Source of the DNA: Chromatiales bacterium
Lineage (GTDB): Bacteria; Pseudomonadota; Gammaproteobacteria; Xanthomonadales; SZUA-36
Assembly: GCA_024640025.1 (NCBI GenBank)
Contig: JAHEFT010000001.1
Coordinates: 44,040 to 108,039 of the forward strand
Length of the DNA: 64,000 bases
Reading direction: 5' to 3'
The notes under the pieces were generated by a model. That model was given only the letters and a program-made list of their open reading frames with translations. It was not told the origin of the DNA and made no database searches. The translations under genes were made by a program, and so were the position numbers. Below, piece after piece: positions 18,322-28,377 of the stretch (the first letter of the stretch is position 1; every line of letters begins with the position of its first letter).

Positions 18322-18759
18322 TCAATCGCAGGTGAGAGTAAAGCGGACTCTCACGGTAAAAACAGAATTTTTATTCAGGATAGCGGGGGATTCCCGCACA
18401 CCCGCTGCCACATCGACTTCCTTGGTGACCTTGTCACCTCTTGGCCCTGGGCACTCGATCTTGATGTCCTTGCTGGCCTTGCCAATGTCATTGACGAATA
18501 AATCAACCTCGGTAGCCGTCAGCTGCATTCTGACAAGGAGTTCAGTCAGGCATTCTCCAGAGAAAATCTCCTGCGGTTCGGGTGAGCCGAAAGGCTCTTT
18601 TACGATACCCGGCGTCAACGTATGTTTAGGCACGCTGAGCTTGCCTTCGCCTTTCAACCCTTCATGAAAAACCTTGACGTCCAGATCGTATTTCCAGTCG
18701 TTGCCGCAGTCGCCCTCCTGGTGCTCCGAAATTAATGTCATTGTCAACTTGCACGTCAT
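18322..18759 (-). CDS. Hypothetical protein, Cys-containing, no recognised family
   Basis: 145-aa ORF with no signal peptide and beta-rich composition. It sits alone between fbaA and the symporter gene. Confidence 0.5.
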   Translation of the reverse strand: MTCKLTMTLISEHQEGDCGNDWKYDLDVKVFHEGLKGEGKLSVPKHTLTPGIVKEPFGSPEPQEIFSGECLTELLVRMQLTATEVDLFVNDIGKASKDIKIECPGPRGDKVTKEVDVAAGVRESPAILNKNSVFTVRVRFTLTCD

Positions 18760-18873
18760 TTTGTTTGCTCCTGTTCTAGCCGAATATCTTCATCGAATAG
18801 CCGGCGGGGGTCAATGAGGGAAAACAATTATCAGGAAGTCAGGTTATTATTATTGCGCTCACGAGGGACAGCC

Positions 18874-20559
18874 ATGCATGCATTGAATGAGATTTTTGCC
18901 ACGATCGACGGCTATATTGGAGGTTCGGCCTGGTTTGTGTACCTCCTGGTCGGCACCGGCCTGTTTTTCACCATCTACCTTAAATTCCCTCAAATACGAT
19001 ATTTCCGCCACGCCTTTCGGATGGTGTCCGGAAAATACGACGAAAAAGGGGCCAAGGGCGATACCTCCCATTTCCGCGCCCTGACGACTGCTTTGTCCGG
19101 CACGGTAGGTACCGGGAATATCGCGGGAGTCGCCCTGGCCATCCACCTGGGCGGACCCGCCGCCCTGTTCTGGATGCTGGTCACCGCCATGGTCGGTATG
19201 ACGACCAAGTTCGTCGAGGTGACCCTGTCGCACAAGTACCGTGAGTTCGCAGAGGACGGCACAGCTGCCGGCGGACCGATGTACTACATGAAGAACCGGC
19301 TGAACATGAAATGGATGGCGGTCATTTTTGCCCTGGCCACGATCATTTCCTCGTTCGGTACCGGCAACATGCCCCAGATCAACAGCATCGCCAATGCAAT
19401 GCATGCGGCTTTTGAAGTTCCACCGGTCATGACCGGCCTGGTACTGGCTATCCTGCTCGCCATGATCATCTTGGGCGGTATCAAGCGCATCGCCGCGACC
19501 ACGTCAAAACTGGTACCGCTGATGGCCGTAATCTACTTCCTTGGCGCGTTGTCGGTGATCTTCGCCAACACGGAGAACATCGTTCCTTCTCTAACCGCCA
19601 TTGCCGGGGATATCTTCACGGGCTCTTCGGCAACCGGCGGCTTCCTTGGCGCGACGCTGGCCTTCGCCTTCAACCGGGGGGTCAACCGGGGGCTTTTTTC
19701 CAATGAAGCCGGCCAGGGTAGCGCGCCCATTGCACACGCCGCGGCCAAGGCCGATCACCCGGTGTCTGAGGGCATGGTTGCCATACTGGAGCCTTTTATC
19801 GACACCATTATCATCTGCATGCTGACCGGGATGGTATTGCTGTCGTCCGGCGTCTGGAACGAAAAGCACCAGAATATTTTCCAGCGCGCCGACATCGTGA
19901 TCCTTGACGGCAGTTATGAAGAGGGCAATTCGACACACCGGGAAGTGCTGTTCAATTACCTGAATCCCGCCTCGGAATCCAGCGCCCGTCCATTCAACGG
20001 ACCGCTGCATGTTGAAAACGGGGTGATACTCGACGACGTCACGGTCATTCATGCACGTTCGATTGCAGAAGATGTCCTGCTGACCAGCAATTCGACCGGA
20101 GACAACTTCAGTGGCGTCGTTCCTGTCGAAAACGGACGGATTTTCAACGCCGCCGGTGAATTGCAATTAGGCGGACGGTCGTTGATCCATAGTGCGCCGC
20201 TCACTACCGAAGCCTTCAGCCGGGGTATGCTTGGCGACCAGGGCCGCTTCATCATCCCGATCAGCCTGTTGCTGTTCGCGTTTTCCACTGCAATAGCCTG
20301 GTCATACTATGGCGACAGGGCGGTGACGTTTCTCTGGGGTGTCGAATACGTCAGGTACTATCGTGTTTTGTACGTGCTGGGTTTTTTTGCCGCCGCGGTT
20401 ATCGACACCACCATTATCTGGACCTTTTCCGGCATAGCAATCGCCCTGATGACCATACCGAACATCATCGGCATCCTGCTGTTGCGCAAGGAAATGAAAG
20501 ACACCGTGGACGATTACTGGAAGACCTTCGATTTTTCAAAAATAGACAAAGACGGTTGA
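18874..20559 (+). CDS. Alanine/glycine:cation symporter (AGCS) family transporter with large loop insertion
   Basis: Conserved AGCS segments [21 protein letters not shown] and [16 protein letters not shown], and a C-terminal [23 protein letters not shown] precedes the ATG at 18874. Confidence 0.88.
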   Translation: MHALNEIFATIDGYIGGSAWFVYLLVGTGLFFTIYLKFPQIRYFRHAFRMVSGKYDEKGAKGDTSHFRALTTALSGTVGTGNIAGVALAIHLGGPAALFWMLVTAMVGMTTKFVEVTLSHKYREFAEDGTAAGGPMYYMKNRLNMKWMAVIFALATIISSFGTGNMPQINSIANAMHAAFEVPPVMTGLVLAILLAMIILGGIKRIAATTSKLVPLMAVIYFLGALSVIFANTENIVPSLTAIAGDIFTGSSATGGFLGATLAFAFNRGVNRGLFSNEAGQGSAPIAHAAAKADHPVSEGMVAILEPFIDTIIICMLTGMVLLSSGVWNEKHQNIFQRADIVILDGSYEEGNSTHREVLFNYLNPASESSARPFNGPLHVENGVILDDVTVIHARSIAEDVLLTSNSTGDNFSGVVPVENGRIFNAAGELQLGGRSLIHSAPLTTEAFSRGMLGDQGRFIIPISLLLFAFSTAIAWSYYGDRAVTFLWGVEYVRYYRVLYVLGFFAAAVIDTTIIWTFSGIAIALMTIPNIIGILLLRKEMKDTVDDYWKTFDFSKIDKDG

Positions 20560-20592
20560 TATGGATACCTGTATAACCCGTCTCGAAAGCGC

Positions 20593-21114
20593 TCATTCCG
20601 GCATGTGAGCCGGGTCAGGATCCCAGCGCATATCTTCGTCCGATTCAGGGTGCTTTTCGAGCCATTTTTCAAGCAGCTCGAGATGCTCTTTTTCTTCTTC
20701 AGCAAATTCAGCGGCCAACGCCCGAACGGCCGGATCAGGGCTGCCCTTGCTGATTTCAAAGTAGAAATCATGGGCCCGCTGCTCATTCCCCATCGCGATC
20801 TTCAGCGCGTGGCCCGTGCTCATCAGGTAGTTGACATCACTGATATCTCCCGTCTCCGGCCCTTCCATGCCTTCCCATTCAAAATCCCACGGTGCAATGA
20901 CGCGCAGACTGCGACCGCTGGAACGATCCCGGATTTCCCGGGCGTGCAGCCGGCTGTAGTGAGCCAGCTTCCGAAAGGTCGCGGCGACTTCCGGGTTATT
21001 GTGAACCTCCATCATGTCGGCCAGTTCATCGTGGCGATCAGCCGCCTCTTCTTCAAGCACTACTGAATAGGTAAGGAAGGTATCGAGGTCAGAAATCTTT
21101 TCTGCCAGGCTCAT
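20593..21114 (-). CDS. Ferritin-like / rubrerythrin-family domain protein
   Basis: 173 aa with a four-helix-bundle-like two-fold repeat and an ExxH motif in FAEEEKEHL. Its ATG overlaps the korB stop (ATGA). Confidence 0.65.
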   Translation of the reverse strand: MSLAEKISDLDTFLTYSVVLEEEAADRHDELADMMEVHNNPEVAATFRKLAHYSRLHAREIRDRSSGRSLRVIAPWDFEWEGMEGPETGDISDVNYLMSTGHALKIAMGNEQRAHDFYFEISKGSPDPAVRALAAEFAEEEKEHLELLEKWLEKHPESDEDMRWDPDPAHMPE

Positions 21115-21947
21115 ATCGTGAACTCGCTTTCTATCGAACCCATACCGTTATCTACCCCGGTCCCGGGCCGGAATACCGGGCGCTCGTTCTGGTAAATGAT
21201 ACCGGTGCTCATTCCATCATCAGCCTGGATACGCTGGGCAGCCTCGACCGGATTGCTGCTGATCTCTTGGTCAAACGCCTTGACGTGATGCTTCCATAGC
21301 ATCTGCTCCGGCCGGAAAGTTGGGCAGGGGCTGAGCGCCTGCACGAAAGAAAAGCCTTTGTGCCCGATGGCGGCTACCAGGATTTTGGCCAGTCCGTTGG
21401 GGTCGCCGGTAAACCCACGAGCAATAAAGGAGGCGCCTGCGGTCAAGGCCAGGCCGGCTGGCTGGAATGGCCGGATTCCGGTGCCATGCGGAGTCAGCTT
21501 GCTGTCCGCCCAGTCCGGGGCCGTGGTCGGGGATGCCTGCCCCTTGGTCATGCCGTAGACCTCGTTATCCATGATGATGTACGTCATATCCATGTTGCGA
21601 CGGCAGGCGTGGATAAAGTGGTTGCCGCCGATCGACAGCCCGTCACCATCACCGCCGGCGACCAGGACCGTCAGGTCGCCCCGGGCGGCCTTCAGGCCGG
21701 AAGCCAGCGCCAGTGCCCGGCCATGAACACCGTGAAAACCGTAAACACTGGTGTAGGCAGCGATTCGTGAAGAGCAACCGATACCGGAAATCAATGCGAC
21801 CTCCTCTCGCGGCAATCCCATGAAAGCCAGCGCCTTGGTGATGGCGTTGAGCACCGCGAAGTCGCCGCAACCGGGACACCAAACGGGTTTTAGCGCTGAT
21901 TTGAAGTCTTTCGGCGTGAGCGCTATCTGTTGGGCAGCCTGGTCCAT
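21111..21947 (-). CDS. korB: 2-oxoacid:ferredoxin oxidoreductase, beta (TPP-binding) subunit
   Basis: TPP motif GGDGDGLSIGGNHFIHACRRNMDMTYIIMDNEVYGMTKGQ and N-terminal CPGCGDF. The ATG at 21947 lies 2 nt after the korA stop. Confidence 0.88.
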   Translation of the reverse strand: MDQAAQQIALTPKDFKSALKPVWCPGCGDFAVLNAITKALAFMGLPREEVALISGIGCSSRIAAYTSVYGFHGVHGRALALASGLKAARGDLTVLVAGGDGDGLSIGGNHFIHACRRNMDMTYIIMDNEVYGMTKGQASPTTAPDWADSKLTPHGTGIRPFQPAGLALTAGASFIARGFTGDPNGLAKILVAAIGHKGFSFVQALSPCPTFRPEQMLWKHHVKAFDQEISSNPVEAAQRIQADDGMSTGIIYQNERPVFRPGTGVDNGMGSIESEFTI

Positions 21948-21949
21948 AA

Positions 21950-23686
21950 TCAACTCCAGTTCTCGATTTTTTCGACAATTTCAGCAGGCGTGATCGGCAG
22001 CGGTCCCGGCCGCGCCAGGGTGCGCGTGTCTGCTTCAAAATCGTAGAAAGCGCGCAGGTAATGATGAAACTGCTTCGAATGGCTTTGTTCAACGATCAAA
22101 ATCCGGCTTACATTTTCCAGTTCGCCGGCCAGTTTCTCAGGGCTGGCCGGCAGAAGCAGCCGCAATGCAATGACTTTCACCTCATGGCCGGCGGCCCGCA
22201 GCCTCGCGCCCGCCTCCCGGGCCACCGCGCTGCTGGAACCCCAGGTCAGGATGGCAGTCTGCCCGACACCCCTGATGTCAGCCCAGTGCCCGCCAAAGTC
22301 GAAAGACTGGATTTTGCGCGAACGTTTCTCCAGCTGAGCCAGGTGGTCGGCGGCGGCCGTCGAGGGTTTGCCGCTCTCGGTGTGTTCCAGCCCGTCGGCG
22401 ACATAAGTCGAGGACGCCGTTCCGGGAATCGCCATTGGCGACACACCGGAATCCGTAATTTCGTAGCGCTGGTACCCATCGGTCGGCTGGGCAATTACAC
22501 GGGCGGGAATTTCGGGCAGTTCATATTTTGGCTCCGGTATCAGGACTGTTGACTGCGCCAGGTTCTGGTCCGTCAAAACGATAGCCACGGTCTGCAACGC
22601 TTCCGCCAACCGAACCGCCCACTCGGTGGTCAGGATGCAGTCCGCATGGTCCAGGGCGCCGAGCACCAGGTGAGGGGCGTCGCCATGCAAGCCGTAGACT
22701 GCCATGTTCAGATCAACCTGTTCCGATTTTGTCGGAATACCGGTAGACGGGCCGCCGCGCATCACGTTGACCACAACCGCCGGAGTCTCCGAGGCCACCG
22801 CAAGCCCCATGGCCTCCGTCATCAGGGCCAGGCCCGGACCCGAAGTCGCGGTCATCGACGGCACGCCGCCAAAAGAAGCGCCGATCACCATGTTGATCGA
22901 GGCCAGTTCATCCTCCGCCTGCACCAGGCTGCCGCCCAGTTGCTCAAGCCGCGGTGAGAGCCATTCCAGCAGGTCACTGGCCGGTGTTATCGGGTAAGCG
23001 GCGGCAAAACGGATTCCGCCCCGGATTGCACCCAGGCCGCAACCCTGGTTCCCGTTGAAATGCCAGCGAGTTCCTCTGTTCCCGGGATCACCACGTTCAG
23101 GACGCGGGCGTGCTTCCCTTGCAGCAACGATTAAGGGTTCCGTGAAACCGGCTGTAAACGCTGCGCGCGATCCGCCGGTAACTTCTTCTCCCTTCCTGCC
23201 GAAAACCTGGTCGATCAATTTTCCGGCCTCGTCACTGCAAAACCCAAGCCAGTGGGAAAGCAGGCCCAGGGCCACCATGTTGGGGCGCCCGGCGGTGATA
23301 TCCTTCGCCAGCGCCTTCATCGGCACCTCGATAATCTCAACCCCAAGCTCCTGGAATGCCTCCGGAATGTCACCGGCCGCAGGGTCGGCGATGATCAGGC
23401 TGTCAGGACGCAGCGCAATCTCTTCGGCGAACCGGTCCGCGTTGTTCCAATCCAGCGCCAGCAAAAGGTCGAAGCTGTCGTTCATGCATTCCACCGCCCG
23501 GTGGCTGATCCGGATCAGCGCTGCGGCTTCGCCTCCGCGAATTTGCGGCCCGAAAGAACGCCGCATCATGCCGAAACAACTGTTTTTGCCCGCCAGGCTC
23601 AACAGAAGCTCACCCGCGGTGATGGATCCTGCGCCACCGGAACCCGTGATGGCCAGCGAGATATCACATATGTGTTCTGAATTCAT
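21950..23686 (-). CDS. korA: 2-oxoacid:ferredoxin oxidoreductase, alpha subunit
   Basis: 578 aa with the typical two-subunit KorA layout (gamma-like N-domain plus alpha domain). It lies directly upstream of korB. Confidence 0.85.
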   Translation of the reverse strand: MNSEHICDISLAITGSGGAGSITAGELLLSLAGKNSCFGMMRRSFGPQIRGGEAAALIRISHRAVECMNDSFDLLLALDWNNADRFAEEIALRPDSLIIADPAAGDIPEAFQELGVEIIEVPMKALAKDITAGRPNMVALGLLSHWLGFCSDEAGKLIDQVFGRKGEEVTGGSRAAFTAGFTEPLIVAAREARPRPERGDPGNRGTRWHFNGNQGCGLGAIRGGIRFAAAYPITPASDLLEWLSPRLEQLGGSLVQAEDELASINMVIGASFGGVPSMTATSGPGLALMTEAMGLAVASETPAVVVNVMRGGPSTGIPTKSEQVDLNMAVYGLHGDAPHLVLGALDHADCILTTEWAVRLAEALQTVAIVLTDQNLAQSTVLIPEPKYELPEIPARVIAQPTDGYQRYEITDSGVSPMAIPGTASSTYVADGLEHTESGKPSTAAADHLAQLEKRSRKIQSFDFGGHWADIRGVGQTAILTWGSSSAVAREAGARLRAAGHEVKVIALRLLLPASPEKLAGELENVSRILIVEQSHSKQFHHYLRAFYDFEADTRTLARPGPLPITPAEIVEKIENWS

Positions 23687-23733
23687 CCAGGAGAATTATC
23701 CAAGAAAGCGGACCGCCCTGCACGATGGAAATC

Positions 23734-23764
23734 AAAAAAGGCCGCCATGTCGCCATGGCGGCCT
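23734..23764 (-). terminator. Intrinsic terminator after the 23786..24406 gene
   Basis: A perfect 11-bp stem aggccgccatg/catggcggcct with a 4-nt loop, followed on the minus strand by a T5-6 run. Confidence 0.85.
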
Positions 23765-23785
23765 TTGCGTCGGGCAATCAGCTTT

Positions 23786-24406
23786 CTACTTGCCGTGTAT
23801 GTCGTCCATCGAATTTCTCAGCCGTGTCGCGAACCGGGTGAACATGAATTCGATATTGGAAACATTGTTGGCTGCCGTGAACTCGTTGTATTGCTGGCCC
23901 ACGGCCTTGTCGCCTTCAATCATTAGCAACAACTCACGGGTGGAGGAATCTCGGATTTCAACCCGGGCGGTGATTTCACCACTGCCCAGAGTCGTTACCT
24001 GGTGGCCGTCTATTTCGCTGGAACTGCCAGGCTTCAGCCAGGGCATGATGTTGAGAATCTCCACTTCCACTTCCAGCACATCCTTGCCGTCCACGTATAC
24101 GACAGGGTAGCCATCGTTGGCCGTCAGAATATCTTTCATGACGTCCCGGAAAATTGCTTGCATGCCCTCGAGATTGGCAAAGTCGACAGTCCATTCGTTC
24201 GGGTCATCGGCGGCATAGGCGGGTTTGATCACCTTGACGTCTTCAATATTCAGAGGCTTAACCTCGAATTTCGTGTATTTCGCCCAATCAACTCCCTGCT
24301 TCACCCAGGTCGCTTCAATCTGGATATCGGCAAATGCAGCAGTAGAGAACAACATCGCGGTCAATCCGGCGAGCAGTTTTCCGCGACTAGAAAATACTGA
24401 TTTCAT
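23786..24406 (-). CDS. Exported protein of unknown function
   Basis: 206 aa with a signal peptide ending AAFA-DIQ. An AAGGAG RBS lies upstream of the ATG, and the gene has its own terminator. Confidence 0.65.
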   Translation of the reverse strand: MKSVFSSRGKLLAGLTAMLFSTAAFADIQIEATWVKQGVDWAKYTKFEVKPLNIEDVKVIKPAYAADDPNEWTVDFANLEGMQAIFRDVMKDILTANDGYPVVYVDGKDVLEVEVEILNIMPWLKPGSSSEIDGHQVTTLGSGEITARVEIRDSSTRELLLMIEGDKAVGQQYNEFTAANNVSNIEFMFTRFATRLRNSMDDIHGK

Positions 24407-24540
24407 TTCATGCTCCTTCTTCTATCAAACCATGTTCCGGGGCCCGTGAACGCAGGCAGACTGTTAACTATAACATTTGAAATACCGATCGGCGATGGTG
24501 TTGTTTTGGCTCAGTCGTGTCAAGAGCAACCCACCCAATA

Positions 24541-25617
24541 CTACCGCGGCGGAGTCACCTTCACGATGCTGTCCGGCGTCAGAATATAGAGCATGCTGTC
24601 CGGTCCCACCCGCACATCCCGAACCCGGGCGGCGACTTCGCTGAATACCGGCTCCTCGCTTGCAACCTTGCCACCGGATATATCCAGGCGCCTGACTTCC
24701 TGGTCCACCAATGCGCCGACGAACAGGTCGCCTTTCCATTCCGGAAACAGATCAGCTTCGTAAATGGCCAGGCCTGAAGGCGCGATCGATGGTGTCCAGT
24801 AATACTCCGGCTGGGCCATGCCTTCCCATTCGGTGTACGGTGAAATAACGGCGCCGCTGTAATCGACGCCGTAAGTAATTGCAGGCCAGCCATAGTTCAC
24901 CCCCGATTCGACACGATTGAGTTCATCACCACCCCTGGGACCGTGCTCGTGCAGCCAGACCGTCCCGGACCGGCTCACCGCCAGGCCCTGCGGGTTGCGG
25001 TGGCCGTAGCTGTAAACATAGGGAGCGCCGGGAAAGGGGTTGCCGGCGGCCGGGGTGCCGTTGTCATTCATGCGCAGAACCTTGCCCAGCCCGCTGTCGA
25101 TGTCCTGGGCCGCCTCCCGGTAATCAAAGCCATCCCCGGTGGTCAGCAACAGGCTGCCGTCAGGCAGGAAAGCCATGCGCCCTCCATAGTGAACCGGTGT
25201 GTCCTTGCGGGTGTAGTTGCGGAAAATGACATCCACGTCTTCCAGCGAGTTGCCGTTCAGCCTGCCGCGCGCAATGGCCGTGCCGTTATCTTTCTTACTG
25301 CCTTCGGCATACGAGAGGTACACGATATGGTTTTCGGTGAACCTTGGATGAAGTACTACATCGAACAAACCACCCTGTCCTGCAAAATAGACTGCCGGTA
25401 CATTTTCAATCGGCGCACCCGGCTGACCGGAAACGTCAACCCTTCGAAGCTGACCGCCAAGCTCGGTCACCAGCGCCGATCCGTCCGGTAAAAAGGCAAT
25501 ACTCCACGGCAGGTCCAGCCCTTTAGCCCAGGTTTCCAGTCGATAGTCAGCTGCGGAGGTGCAGCCCGAAAAACAAATGGCCGCCATCAAACAGGCTGCC
25601 CGGATCATTGAAATCAT
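24541..25617 (-). CDS. PQQ-dependent soluble sugar (aldose/sorbosone) dehydrogenase, YliI-like
   Basis: 358 aa with a lipoprotein/signal N-terminus. Beta-propeller motifs include HGPRGGDELN and GLDLPWSIAFLPDG. Confidence 0.8.
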   Translation of the reverse strand: MISMIRAACLMAAICFSGCTSAADYRLETWAKGLDLPWSIAFLPDGSALVTELGGQLRRVDVSGQPGAPIENVPAVYFAGQGGLFDVVLHPRFTENHIVYLSYAEGSKKDNGTAIARGRLNGNSLEDVDVIFRNYTRKDTPVHYGGRMAFLPDGSLLLTTGDGFDYREAAQDIDSGLGKVLRMNDNGTPAAGNPFPGAPYVYSYGHRNPQGLAVSRSGTVWLHEHGPRGGDELNRVESGVNYGWPAITYGVDYSGAVISPYTEWEGMAQPEYYWTPSIAPSGLAIYEADLFPEWKGDLFVGALVDQEVRRLDISGGKVASEEPVFSEVAARVRDVRVGPDSMLYILTPDSIVKVTPPR

Positions 25618-25652
25618 GGTGAATCTCCCGCTAATTTCCGGATGATTGGGTT

Positions 25653-26156
25653 ATGCTAAACAAACATGAAAGAGAAGCATACATGAACCAATGGACAACT
25701 CTCATCCGGTTCCTGCTGATCCGGCTGGCCATTTACCTCGCGGCGGTCGCAGCCAGCTATCTGCTGGCGTCCGTTTTTGCGACACAGTTCGTCGTTTCCA
25801 GCCTGGCCGGCATGGGCCTGGAAATGAATTTTACCGAACGCGCCGCCATGACTTTGCAGGATATTCTGGGCATGGCCGGCATGTTGCTGCCGATGGTCGC
25901 CTTTGGCCTGCTGATTGCGTTCATGGCGACTGCGTTGATTTGCAGGTACTGGAACCGCTGGCGGGTGCCGCTGTACATTATCGCGGGTGCGACGGCCCTG
26001 GTTTGTATCCACCTGGCCCTGCACCTCGCCTTCAACATCACGCCAGTGGCCGCAGCCCGAACCGCTGGTGGATTATTGACGCAGGCAGTTGCAGGCGCTG
26101 CCGGCGGGTTGACCTATGTCCTACTTTCCGGAACGCGATTCGCTCGAATGGCGTGA
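25653..26156 (+). CDS. Integral membrane protein of unknown function
   Basis: Four or more hydrophobic helices. An alternative ATG exists at 25683. Confidence 0.6.
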   Translation: MLNKHEREAYMNQWTTLIRFLLIRLAIYLAAVAASYLLASVFATQFVVSSLAGMGLEMNFTERAAMTLQDILGMAGMLLPMVAFGLLIAFMATALICRYWNRWRVPLYIIAGATALVCIHLALHLAFNITPVAAARTAGGLLTQAVAGAAGGLTYVLLSGTRFARMA

Positions 26157-26180
26157 GGTTCAACGGCTAAACTTCCTCAT

Positions 26181-27650
26181 ATGGCTAAATTCATTCCCGT
26201 AGATGTTTTCGACCTGGTGATTTTTGGCGGCGCCGGTGATCTTGCCATGCGTAAACTGCTACCTGCGCTGTATCACCGGGACCGGGACTGCCAACTACCC
26301 GCTGACTGCCGGATTATTTCACTCGGCCGGTCGACCATTGACCGCGGCGAGTTTCTTCAGCGGGTTGGCGATTCTTTGCGTTCACGACTCGCGGCTTCCG
26401 AGTATTCGGAGGAAATGTGGCAGGCCTTTTCCCAACGCCTTCAGTACATCCAGACGGATGCGCTCAGTCCCGATCAATGGCAGAATCTCGCCAAGGCGCT
26501 GCAGGGCCACGAAAATCGTATCCGTGTGTTCTACCTGGCCACAGCCCCCAGGCTGTTCGGGCCGATAGCACGTGGCCTGCAACAGAATAACCTGGTCAAC
26601 GAAGATGTCCGCATCGTGCTCGAGAAGCCGCTGGGAACCGATTACGATTCGGCCAGGGAAATAAATGACCAGGTCGGACAGTGCTTTCCTGAAAACCGGA
26701 TTTTCAGGATCGACCACTACCTCGGCAAAGAGACTGTTCAGAATCTGCTGGCCCTGCGGTTCGCCAATTCACTGTTTGAGCCTCTGTGGAACCGCGGCAA
26801 TATCGACCATGTGCAGATCACTGTGGCCGAGGACCTGGGCGTCGGCGGCCGGATTGAGTTTTATGACCAGGTCGGTGCACTGCGGGACATGGTGCAGAAC
26901 CACATGATGCAACTCCTTTGTCTGACGGCGATGGAACCACCGTCAAATCGTAACCATGGCGCCGTCCGCGATGAGAAAATGAAAGTGCTGCGCGCCCTCA
27001 GGCCGATCCGCAGCGAGGATGTGAAACACTTCACCGTGAGAGGCCAGTACCAGGCCGGCGCCATCAATGGCGAGGCGGTTCCCGGCTACCACGACGAACT
27101 CGGTAACCAGAATAGCCTGACAGAGACGTTTGTCGCCCTGAAGCTGCAGATCGACAACTGGCGATGGTCCAACGTTCCGTTCTACCTTCGCAGTGGCAAG
27201 CGGCTGAAGAAAAAATATTCCGAAATCGTCATCCAGTTCCAGAAGGTTCCCCATTCCATTTTCCCGGAACTGACGGATGCTCCCGGACCGAACCGGTTGA
27301 CGCTGCGCCTGCAGCCCGACGAAGGCGTACGACTCAGCCTGATGTCCAAGGAACCCGGCCCGGGCGGCTTTGATTTGCGTCCCGTTTCCCTGGATCTCAG
27401 TTTTGAACACGCATTCGGCACGGGCTATCCTGATGCCTACGAACGTTTGCTGATGGAAGTGATTCGGGGCGACCCGGCACTTTTCATGCGCCGCGATGAA
27501 GTTGAATTTGCCTGGCGCTGGATCGATGACATCATCGATGGCTGGACAAAAACGGGGCAGCAAGTGGAGGACTATGTCGCCGGTACCTGGGGGCCCACGG
27601 GTGCTTCGCTCCTGCTGGACCGTGATGGCCGCCGCTGGCATTCGGATTGA
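26181..27650 (+). CDS. zwf: Glucose-6-phosphate 1-dehydrogenase
   Basis: NADP motif GGAGDLAMRKL and active-site motif RIDHYLGKE. Length 489 aa. Confidence 0.95.
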   Translation: MAKFIPVDVFDLVIFGGAGDLAMRKLLPALYHRDRDCQLPADCRIISLGRSTIDRGEFLQRVGDSLRSRLAASEYSEEMWQAFSQRLQYIQTDALSPDQWQNLAKALQGHENRIRVFYLATAPRLFGPIARGLQQNNLVNEDVRIVLEKPLGTDYDSAREINDQVGQCFPENRIFRIDHYLGKETVQNLLALRFANSLFEPLWNRGNIDHVQITVAEDLGVGGRIEFYDQVGALRDMVQNHMMQLLCLTAMEPPSNRNHGAVRDEKMKVLRALRPIRSEDVKHFTVRGQYQAGAINGEAVPGYHDELGNQNSLTETFVALKLQIDNWRWSNVPFYLRSGKRLKKKYSEIVIQFQKVPHSIFPELTDAPGPNRLTLRLQPDEGVRLSLMSKEPGPGGFDLRPVSLDLSFEHAFGTGYPDAYERLLMEVIRGDPALFMRRDEVEFAWRWIDDIIDGWTKTGQQVEDYVAGTWGPTGASLLLDRDGRRWHSD

Positions 27651-27675
27651 GCCAGTGGCAACCGGTGTAAACCTG

Positions 27676-28353
27676 ATGGAGTTTCCGGACCGGGCGTCGG
27701 CTTCAGCAGCCGCGGCCGGCATGATGGCACAATCGATGCAGGCCTGCCTGGATCAGCAGGTCCGTTGCAGCATTGTAGTCAGCGGTGGTTCGACACCGGG
27801 TCAGTGTTTCGATTGCCTTTCCGGGATGCCAATGGACTGGTCAAACACCACCATTGTTCCCAGTGACGAACGCTGGGTGCCGGCCACTCATCCGGACAGC
27901 AATGAAGGCATGATCCGTGAGCGACTGTTGGTTGGCCGGGCCGCGTCCGGGCGGATTCTACACCTGTTTCGGGAAGGCCTTGAAATAAACGCCGCCGCTT
28001 CCCTGGTCAGCAAGGAGCTGGACGCTCTGGACAAACCCTTCGCCTGTACTTTGCTGGGTATGGGACCAGATGGCCATTTTGCCTCGCTGTTTCCTGATTT
28101 TTTCCAGCTCCCTCAGGCCCTGGATCCGGAAAATGAACAGTCCTGCCTGGTGGTGCAAACAGCTGGCAGCCCCCACTTGCGACTCAGCCTGAGCCTGTCC
28201 ATACTGCTGGATTCGCTGCACACCATTCTGCTGATATTTGGCGCGGAAAAGCGCCGGGTTGTGGAAGCAGCGGCCGCGGGAGAAACCCGTTATCCCGTTA
28301 CGAGCCTGTTCCGGTATCAAAAACGTCCTTTGACCGTCGTTTGGGCGCCATGA
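27676..28353 (+). CDS. pgl: 6-phosphogluconolactonase
   Basis: GMGPDGHFASLFP motif. It lies immediately downstream of zwf. The start is ambiguous: ATG at 27676, or at 27625 overlapping zwf. Confidence 0.85.
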   Translation: MEFPDRASASAAAAGMMAQSMQACLDQQVRCSIVVSGGSTPGQCFDCLSGMPMDWSNTTIVPSDERWVPATHPDSNEGMIRERLLVGRAASGRILHLFREGLEINAAASLVSKELDALDKPFACTLLGMGPDGHFASLFPDFFQLPQALDPENEQSCLVVQTAGSPHLRLSLSLSILLDSLHTILLIFGAEKRRVVEAAAAGETRYPVTSLFRYQKRPLTVVWAP

Positions 28354-28377
28354 GGAGCAACCGGACAGGCCTGGTGT

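Noticed and set aside
18760-18873. A possible glycine riboswitch upstream of the alanine/glycine symporter.
   Set aside because: The 114-nt leader lacks the conserved GGAGAG...CACCG and CTCTGGAGAG...ACCGAAGG blocks, and it is too short for a tandem glycine aptamer.
23055-24110. A 351-aa plus-strand ORF spanning the korA 5' end, the terminator and the next gene.
   Set aside because: It runs antisense to two well-supported genes and straight through a strong hairpin terminator. It is Ser/Pro/Ala/Arg-rich and low in complexity.
26943-27722. A 259-aa minus-strand ORF opposite zwf.
   Set aside because: It is antisense to an unambiguous zwf gene and has no motifs.
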